Source: a virus (lineage: Duplodnaviria > Caudoviricetes). Taken from it: a stretch of 64,000 bases of DNA. How positions within the stretch are numbered: the stretch's first letter is position 1; every line of letters starts with the position of its first letter. A program made the position numbers and the translations under genes. The stretch lies in IMG/VR virus record IMGVR_UViG_3300009424_000011, positions 1-64,000 of that record, one strand, 5' to 3'. Under the pieces are notes generated by a model that did not search any database, was not told the DNA's origin, and saw nothing but the letters and a program-made list of their open reading frames with translations. Positions 6,435 to 12,116 of the stretch are shown in pieces.

Positions 6435-6497
6435 TTACGAGGTGAAACCTCGTTCTTCGCCTCTCCGGCGATCTCGTTTGGTAAATCCGTAGGTCAT
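6435..6497 (-). CDS. Leader peptide B, MTYGFTKRDRRRGEERGFTS
   Basis: AGGA upstream; 14 of 19 non-initiator codons are Lys/Gly/Asp/Glu/Arg/Phe, the downstream tRNA set. Confidence 0.85.
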   Translation of the reverse strand: MTYGFTKRDRRRGEERGFTS

Positions 6498-6550
6498 AGC
6501 AGTTACTCAAAATCCTGTTTGGTGGACACTGTGTCCGTTGTTGAAGCCGA

Positions 6551-6579
6551 ACTATATGTGATTCGATTCGTTATGTCAA
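6551..6579 (-). promoter_or_regulatory. sigma70 promoter of tRNA operon B
   Basis: TTGACA-17-TATAGT; tandem CGAATCGAATCA in the spacer. Confidence 0.88.
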
Positions 6580-6608
6580 CACAAAAATCACACTGGCGTA
6601 TTTTTAAT

Positions 6609-6785
6609 TTACCCTGCGAGGAGGGGCGGCGTCGCCAATTCGAACTCAGCCCCAGTCGCCGTGGTGGCAATGATCCGGTCACCCTTGGCTTCGATGTCAG
6701 CGACGTTGACGATCTTACCGCACGAATGAGTGATGGTCATACCAGCACCAGCCCGGCGGATTTTCCAGCTATACAAAGTGTTCAT
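6609..6785 (-). CDS. Small hypothetical protein (58 aa)
   Basis: AAAGGA RBS before ATG (MNTLYSWKIRR...). Confidence 0.6.
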   Translation of the reverse strand: MNTLYSWKIRRAGAGMTITHSCGKIVNVADIEAKGDRIIATTATGAEFELATPPLLAG

Positions 6786-6847
6786 GTCGGTTCCTTTAGC
6801 ATGATTGCTTCGGCCGACAATAGGCCAAATTTTGGCCGTGTCAAGTA

Positions 6848-6925
6848 TGGTGGAGCCGGTGGGAATCGAACCCACCTCACAGACCTTGCAAGGGTCCGTC
6901 GCCTTCCCTTGGAACATGCGACCCC
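6848..6925 (-). tRNA. tRNA-Ala(TGC)
   Basis: Loop CTTGCAA; G3-U70; atypical D arm. Confidence 0.85.
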
Positions 6926-6931
6926 AAACTG

Positions 6932-7006
6932 TGGTGCTTCGTGAAGGTGCTGCCCCTCCTACCTCTGCCTTGTCACGGCAGCGCTCTACTGGTGAGCTAA
7001 CGAAGC
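6932..7006 (-). tRNA. tRNA-Val(GAC), non-canonical T loop
   Basis: Loop GTGACAA; T loop GGCAGCA. Confidence 0.8.
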
Positions 7007-7007
7007 G

Positions 7008-7081
7008 TAATCCCGGTAGGATTTGAACCTACGTTTCATCTCTTATGAGGAGAGAGCTTTAGACCACTAAGCTACAGGATC
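7008..7081 (-). tRNA. tRNA(CAT), Ile2 or Met
   Basis: Loop CTCATAA; CCA not encoded. Confidence 0.8.
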
Positions 7082-7083
7082 AA

Positions 7084-7473
7084 TTATTTCTTATACCAGC
7101 CATTCAGGCTCGGATTGTGGTGTTCGATATGGCAATTATGACATAACACAACACATTTGGCGAACTCTTTCATTATAGTTTCTTCTTTGTGATTCGAAAG
7201 CTCTCTTAAAGTAAGCTCGAAACCTTTTGAAGTCTCATCTGTATGATGAAAACACAAAGCAGCTAGATTATCTCTGTAACCACATTCTTCACAACCACCT
7301 CCTCGAAGGTTTATCAACTCCATTTTTCTTTTCAAGCCTCGGGCTTGTTGTTTTTCGTAGAGTTGATTCCTCACATTACCGTTTTTGTTCTGACATGCTC
7401 GTGAGCAAAACTTGGTCTGTTTACCAGTCAATTCCGTTTGGCAAGTCAGACATAAGACGTTCATCTCTGTCAT
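7084..7473 (-). CDS. HNH endonuclease inserted in the tRNA array
   Basis: CxxC...FCSRAC, CEECG, FHH and LCHNCHIEHH motifs; AT-rich relative to flanks. Confidence 0.85.
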   Translation of the reverse strand: MTEMNVLCLTCQTELTGKQTKFCSRACQNKNGNVRNQLYEKQQARGLKRKMELINLRGGGCEECGYRDNLAALCFHHTDETSKGFELTLRELSNHKEETIMKEFAKCVVLCHNCHIEHHNPSLNGWYKK

Positions 7474-7781
7474 TAAAAATCCAAACGAGCGACGTATTTT
7501 CCTTCGCCGATCGTGTCGAGGTAACCATCGCGCTGGGCTTCCCAGCCAAGTCCGCGATCTGCTACCTCTACCGCCAAGAGCGCGTCGCGATTGTCCCGGT
7601 TATCAGCGGTCAAATCCGCTTGGGCCAGTGCGACACCTTCCTGATAGTCCGAGAGAAACTGCCCATCATGCGATCTCGACCAATGTTCCCGGACACCTTT
7701 CCATGTGGTATCAGACGGGCCCGGATCGGTCTCCCGGAGTTTTCGTCCGGGTCGATCGTAGCTGATGTTGTAGCGTTCCAC
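7473..7781 (-). CDS. Hypothetical protein
   Basis: AGGAG RBS; 102 aa; stop overlaps the HNH start. Confidence 0.6.
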   Translation of the reverse strand: MERYNISYDRPGRKLRETDPGPSDTTWKGVREHWSRSHDGQFLSDYQEGVALAQADLTADNRDNRDALLAVEVADRGLGWEAQRDGYLDTIGEGKYVARLDF

Positions 7782-7796
7782 TCACTTCTCCTAAAT

Positions 7797-7880
7797 TGGC
7801 TCGGCGGGGAGGGGTCGAACCTCCGCCCTTTCGGGGACACCGGTTAACAGCCGGGCACATTACCACTCTGTCACCACCGA
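7797..7880 (-). tRNA. tRNA-Asn(GTT) with long variable arm
   Basis: Loop CTGTTAA; U1-A72; G73; variable arm GTCCCCGAAAGGGC. Confidence 0.85.
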
Positions 7881-7888
7881 ACATAAAC

Positions 7889-7976
7889 TGGTAGCGAGAC
7901 CTCAACCTACTGATCAACCGGGAGTGCGAGTCGTCAACTCATCCGCCGGCCGAATGTTCGGTCTATTAGTCTCGCT
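7889..7976 (-). ncRNA. CCA-terminated non-cloverleaf RNA
   Basis: 9-bp stem AGCGAGACT/GGTCTCGCT followed by ACCA; no T loop. Confidence 0.55.
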
Positions 7977-8027
7977 CTTACAGGGAGACTAACCCCTGCG
8001 TCCTCACCCCGTCAAGGGTTTGGTAAC

Positions 8028-8105
8028 TGGTCCACAGAGCAGGGCTCGAACCTGCGCAAGACGCCGATTATCGGTCGGCCGCTCTACCAACTGAGCTATC
8101 CGTGG
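8028..8105 (-). tRNA. tRNA-Ile(GAT)
   Basis: Loop CCGATAA (C33). Confidence 0.88.
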
Positions 8106-8106
8106 A

Positions 8107-8182
8107 TGGTTGGTGATGCAGGCTCTGCCCCTGCCGCCTCTGGTATGTGACACCAGCGCTCTCCTGAATGAGCTAATCACCA
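8107..8182 (-). tRNA. tRNA-Val(CAC), non-canonical T loop
   Basis: Loop GTCACAT; T loop GGCAGAG. Confidence 0.8.
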
Positions 8183-8212
8183 ACAAACTCTTTGTCCCAT
8201 CCGATTTGACGG

Positions 8213-8323
8213 ATGCCGGGGACGAAATCAACAAGGCGCTCTAACCACCTGAGCTACACCGGAGCCTTGCCCCGGTGGCCGGATTCGAACCGGCGTCCTC
8301 CTCGTTCTACAACCGCCCCGCAT
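8213..8323 (-). ncRNA. Circularly permuted tRNA mimic (YrlA/Y-RNA-like)
   Basis: Order is T arm, loop-closed acceptor stem, D arm; the 5' and 3' ends pair in place of the anticodon arm. Confidence 0.7.
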
Positions 8324-8461
8324 ACGCCGGTTAATTACTCCGGCTTAGACGCGTCTCAACGAGACGGTTCGAAACGTCCCAGTGGTTTTACTAGCTCCGC
8401 TGATCGTGCGGGGCACCTGACGATCTCGGCGATCGACGAGGAGGTGGCTGGGTCACCTATC

Positions 8462-8532
8462 TGGTAGCAAAGGGTGGATGTGCGCCACCGGGTCAAAGGC
8501 TTATGAGGCCCCGCCCCCACTGAGGCTCTGCT
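8462..8532 (-). tRNA. Degenerate tRNA-Met(CAT)
   Basis: Loop CTCATAA; ACCA; tiny D arm; T loop CGCACAT. Confidence 0.6.
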
Positions 8533-8538
8533 ATAACT

Positions 8539-8617
8539 TGGTCAGGCGGGCAGGATTCGAACCTGCGATCCCCTCCGTCCGAGGGAGGTAGGGACGGCCA
8601 GACTCCCCTACCGCCTG
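8539..8617 (-). tRNA. tRNA-Pro(CGG)
   Basis: Loop CTCGGAC; C1-G72; A73. Confidence 0.9.
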
Positions 8618-8629
8618 ATACTCTTGAAA

Positions 8630-8705
8630 TGGTCAGGATCGTAGGGCTCGAACCTACGGCCTTCCGGTCCCAAACCGGACGCTCTTCCAACTGAGCTAGA
8701 CCCTG
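8630..8705 (-). tRNA. tRNA-Pro(TGG)
   Basis: Loop TTTGGGA; C1-G72; A73. Confidence 0.9.
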
Positions 8706-8742
8706 AAACGAAATCGGGGGCCATGTTGCCATGGCCCCCGAT
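8705..8742 (-). terminator. Attenuator terminator, operon A
   Basis: ATCGGGGGCCATG-GCAA-CATGGCCCCCGAT followed by TTCGTTTC, abutting tRNA-Pro. Confidence 0.85.
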
Positions 8743-8771
8743 CGAGATAACTGCTTGGAGAGTGAAGTGGC

Positions 8772-8861
8772 CTAGCCACCAACCATCTGTTCGCACGCCA
8801 TCGCGACCGGGACCATAATGGCCGGTGCTGCTGGGTTATTCATGGCGACTACGTTGAACAT
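8772..8861 (-). CDS. Leader peptide A, MFNVVAMNNPAAPAIMVPVAMACEQMVGG
   Basis: AGGA upstream; 22 of 28 non-initiator codons are Asn/Val/Ala/Met/Pro/Ile, the downstream tRNA set. Confidence 0.88.
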   Translation of the reverse strand: MFNVVAMNNPAAPAIMVPVAMACEQMVGG

Positions 8862-8913
8862 GGTTGAACTCTGAAATCCTGTTTGGCCGGAACATCCCGG
8901 TCTTGATGATCGA

Positions 8914-8942
8914 AGTGTAACGACATCCGATTCGAATGTCAA
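8914..8942 (-). promoter_or_regulatory. sigma70 promoter of tRNA operon A
   Basis: TTGACA-17-TACACT; CGAATCG in the spacer. Confidence 0.88.
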
Positions 8943-9130
8943 CTAAAAAATTGCACTCACCCATTTTATCTGGTTTCGGAGCAGGGCGGCTCCTTTAACT
9001 CTCTGTCACCTGCTTGAGGATTCAAGGGGCTCCATGGAACCCACAGGAACTAAATGCGAGGATATTCGAACCACCCTTGGTTACCTACCGGGTCACCCCT
9101 GCGGACAGGGAAGTGAGAAAAACTCGAACA

Positions 9131-9488
9131 TCACTCGCAACAAGGAGAGCGGACTAAAGTTCGCGAATCATCCGTCCCGGTTTCCCGACGGTGCCCGCCT
9201 CCCTTGTTGCAAGTGAAACATCTGTGATCAGGCCGGCGGCCAAAGCACTAGCAACACCCATACACGGTTTTTATCCGGGTCTGTCGTCTCCGTTCGACGG
9301 GAGTCCACTCGCCTTAAACCTATCTGGTGCCGCCGGCCCGATCACAAATGGATCACTCGTAATGGGGCCTCTCGAAGCTCGGCCGGGTTCACTACGCCCT
9401 TCCTTCCGCCGGTTCAGTGTAAACCCACGGATCGCCGGTTAGGTCGCGTGACCGCCGACATTCCGCTGAGAAGCTTCATTACGAGTGA
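9131..9488 (-). ncRNA. Three abutting stem-closed ncRNA modules (9131-9216, 9219-9350, 9353-9488)
   Basis: Each is bounded by a roughly 17-22 bp terminal inverted repeat; 2-nt spacers between modules. Confidence 0.65.
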
Positions 9489-9495
9489 AGCGTTA

Positions 9496-9664
9496 TGGAG
9501 CCCGGAGGTGGAGTCGAACCACTGGCCTATCGTTCCACAGGAGATCAACCCTGCTTTCCGATCCACCGCGCCGCTTTCGAAGGCGACTTCACCTAAACAT
9601 CCCTGACCAACTCCCGACAACTTTCCATGGAAGCTACCAATCTGTTGTGGCGGTTACTCCGGGC
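9496..9664 (-). ncRNA. 169-nt tRNA-like RNA (acceptor plus T arm with a large insert)
   Basis: GCCCGGAG/CTCCGGGC followed by TCCA; T arm GTGG-TTCGACT-CCAC. Confidence 0.65.
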
Positions 9665-9667
9665 TAT

Positions 9668-9848
9668 CGTTTTCTATGATGACCCAGCGGGTTTGCAGCG
9701 ACGCCCAATGCGATCAAGCCACGGCTCGAATTACTGGACCTGATGCTTCGACGATCCGTCTGCATTCGAGAATTGCTGGGATCGACCTGACCTGCGGGAA
9801 CCGAGGGGAAGGTAGCTAACCTTCTTTGCTGGGCCAACATAGAAATCG
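9668..9848 (-). ncRNA. Stem-closed ncRNA module
   Basis: CGATTTCTATGTTGGCCCAGC pairs with GCTGGGTCATCATAGAAAACG. Confidence 0.6.
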
Positions 9849-9853
9849 AAAAA

Positions 9854-10200
9854 TGGAAGCAGGTTGAGATTACACCCGCTACGATCCGTCATTCGTCAGA
9901 TTATAGTGACCTTGCGAGTCACCTTCCCGACTTATCCACCAAGCCCCTTGCGGTAGCTCAGTTCCAGACCAACGCCGCCTTTTTCTCCCGGTTCTCACGG
10001 GACCGCTGGCATTTGCGGTGACACTGCATGATATTCGGCAGTTTCGATTCCGCTGACTGTCTCCAGCCATTAAGGGCTTGCGGGCCCAACGAAACTTCTT
10101 CCACCAACCAACCATCACCTTGCGAGATCAGGTCGGGCCACATTGAGGCAAGCCTCTATGGCATTAGGCGTCTTTCACATGCAGTCGTGGCAATCTTTGC
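9854..10200 (-). ncRNA. Large structured RNA, possibly GOLLD-like
   Basis: About 350 nt non-coding directly after a tRNA; five CGCAA(G) motifs consistent with GCAA tetraloops; 3' GGGTGTAATCTCAACC. Confidence 0.45.
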
Positions 10201-10203
10201 GTT

Positions 10204-10279
10204 TGGAGCAGACTGGTGGGTTTGAACCACCGATCTCACGATTAAGAGTCGTTTGCATTACCAACTATGCTAAGTTTGC
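10204..10279 (-). tRNA. Second tRNA(CTT), nominal Lys, with U73
   Basis: Loop CTCTTAA; cloverleaf; TCCA end. Confidence 0.8.
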
Positions 10280-10418
10280 AAGGTTATCCCGGTGAAGCGG
10301 TCCTCGCGGACCTGACTGCGCTTGCCTGAATTGACCGATCGGGACCGGCGGGGTTAAGTGGCCTTACCCCCTTTATGTGAGTTGCCTCACACTATCGCCA
10401 TCAGGCTGGCATTCCGTC

Positions 10419-10447
10419 TCTCTATTAGGTGATTCGATTCGTGTCAA
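10419..10447 (-). promoter_or_regulatory. Promoter of the ncRNA cluster, double GANTC
   Basis: TTGACA-CGAATCGAATCACCTAA-TAGAGA. Confidence 0.65.
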
Positions 10448-10459
10448 CACTTAATCAAA

Positions 10460-10692
10460 TCAACTCGTCGAGATATTCCATGACTTACCGCGTGACAGGA
10501 CCACTTGCGCTGGCTTGGCCTATCGTGCTGGGGGCCGGTGATCTCGGGGCTTCCCCCGTTCTACCCGCCCTTGACACGAAACGTATCCGCACCAGACCGG
10601 CCAATGACTCGCTCGCGCCCAAGTTCGACGCTGCGGGGTCAGAGTGACTCCGGCTGTTCCTGCCCCTCGGAAAACCATGGAGCAGACGTTGG
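10460..10692 (-). ncRNA. Putative ~230-nt ncRNA with paired ends
   Basis: Own promoter at 10699-10727 (TTGACA-17-TAATTC); TCCATGGTT/AGTCATGGA and GCAGGA/TCCTGT pairings; no convincing ORF. Confidence 0.5.
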
Positions 10693-10771
10693 AGGGCCGA
10701 ATTACCGATTCTCACTGTCAGTGTCAACATAAAAATGACAGTCAGTGAAAATTATTTGGCTCTCACTATAA

Positions 10772-10804
10772 GGAAAGGGCCGCCACCTTCGTGACGGCCC
10801 TTCC
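10772..10804 (-). terminator. Intrinsic terminator
   Basis: GGAAGGGCCGTCAC-GAAG-GTGGCGGCCCTTTCC. Confidence 0.6.
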
Positions 10805-10814
10805 GTTTGCGTGG

Positions 10815-11396
10815 TTACGCCTTGATGTCAGGCGTGCCACGCCAGATGCGAAGACCTTCGACCTTGGGGCCCTTGCCATTGACCTGCTCGTAAACCGTGC
10901 GGCTCCAGAACAGGCACTTGTGGCGCTTGCGGGCAGCAGAAAGCTTGCCCTCGGCCTTGTCAGTCATCGGGATGAAGAACGAGAGACCAACGATCTGTCC
11001 GTTCTCATCCTTGTAGGCGGGCGGAAGCTCGCCGAACGGGTATTCCTCGACACCAGCCGGCCGGCCGGAACGTCCGACCATCACAGCTTCGGTGATCAGC
11101 ACCTGCTTGGTGCCGCCGCGAAGCTCTTCGACCGGAGCGGACTTACCGGAAGCCGAAGCCCCCTGCTTTTCCATCACCGGAGCAGCGGCATCTGCCTGAC
11201 GCTGCTTGCCCAGACCAGTAGCGGCCTTGGCGCGGGTCTTGGGAGCCGCCTTGGCACGGGGCTTCGAAGCGGCCTGCTGCTGCTTCTCGCTCAGTGCCTT
11301 GGAGGCTTCGTTCGCAGCGTCGAGGGCTGCCTGATCGATCTTCTTGCGCCCACGGGCGGGGGTTTTCACTGCATTCGTCATGTCTGTATCCTCCAT
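10815..11396 (-). CDS. Basic Lys/Ala-rich putative DNA-binding protein
   Basis: Histone-like N-terminus; C-terminal YPF...SFFIP...RIWR domain; start may be the second Met. Confidence 0.6.
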   Translation of the reverse strand: MEDTDMTNAVKTPARGRKKIDQAALDAANEASKALSEKQQQAASKPRAKAAPKTRAKAATGLGKQRQADAAAPVMEKQGASASGKSAPVEELRGGTKQVLITEAVMVGRSGRPAGVEEYPFGELPPAYKDENGQIVGLSFFIPMTDKAEGKLSAARKRHKCLFWSRTVYEQVNGKGPKVEGLRIWRGTPDIKA

Positions 11397-11455
11397 TTGT
11401 TGTCGGTGATTCGTTCTCTATGACGCTCCACCTAGTTGGTCAAGAAAAAAGTTTG

Positions 11456-12082
11456 TTAGAGTGCCATCACCATCGCAGATGCATCTTCGGTGAGTTCGAT
11501 ATACGCTTCGGTAGTTTCCATCCGAGCGTGACCCATCAACCGCTGAACGTCACGAAGTGAGCAGTGGTGAGCGTTAGCTGTTCGGGCAAGCTGGGTTCCA
11601 AAAGTTCGGCGACCCGAGTGAGTGGAAGCGCCTTCGAACCCGAACGACTTGAGCATCTTGAGATAGTAAGTCTTCAAGGCTTCCGGGGACATCTGCTTGA
11701 ACTCAGCATCTTTCGGGATCGGCCGGCCCCGTGCCAGAATCCAACGGAAGGGCTGCGAAGAAATCGCAACGAACTTGGCGTTGGGATATTCCTCGCGGAA
11801 CTCTTCCAGACAGGTTCTGATCAGGGGGTTCATCGGGATGTCACGCATCCGCTGCTTCTTACCAACATCGGAAAAGATGTTGATCTGCTTGGCGATAGCG
11901 CCATCGACATCGGTCATCGCGCTGATCTTGATCTTGGCGATCTCACCGACACGCAGCCCGGCCTTGAATGACAGAGCCACAATCAGCTTGTCACGCTTGG
12001 GCATGACGCTGTGGGTTTCGATGTGAGTAAGCAGCCGATAGAACTGCTTCTCATCGAAGGTCTTGGCACGCTTGATAGCCAT
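11456..12082 (-). CDS. Tyrosine recombinase (catalytic domain only)
   Basis: GLRVGEI, HSGRRTF and LMGH...TEAY motifs. Confidence 0.9.
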   Translation of the reverse strand: MAIKRAKTFDEKQFYRLLTHIETHSVMPKRDKLIVALSFKAGLRVGEIAKIKISAMTDVDGAIAKQINIFSDVGKKQRMRDIPMNPLIRTCLEEFREEYPNAKFVAISSQPFRWILARGRPIPKDAEFKQMSPEALKTYYLKMLKSFGFEGASTHSGRRTFGTQLARTANAHHCSLRDVQRLMGHARMETTEAYIELTEDASAMVMAL

Positions 12083-12116
12083 AGTGTTTCACTCCTTTGT
12101 TGCTTTCGGTAATCGC

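Noticed and set aside
8745-8910. T-box riboswitch as the tRNA-operon regulator
   Set aside because: There is no T-box UGGNACC bulge or stem I, and the codon-biased ORFs explain the leaders better.
9854-10200. RNase P RNA
   Set aside because: The size fits, but I could not find the conserved GAGGAAAGUCC and 3' P4 motifs.
3456-10225. 60-100 aa track ORFs overlapping tRNAs and ncRNAs
   Set aside because: They are translations of RNA genes with no RBS or coding signature.
3122-10279. Suppressor tRNA or stop-codon reassignment
   Set aside because: No CTA, TTA or TCA anticodon was found, and genes are intact under the standard code using all three stops.
10295-10320. SRP RNA (TCAGGTCC-GCGA-GGA)
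   Set aside because: It lacks the following AGCAG of the SRP domain IV symmetric loop.
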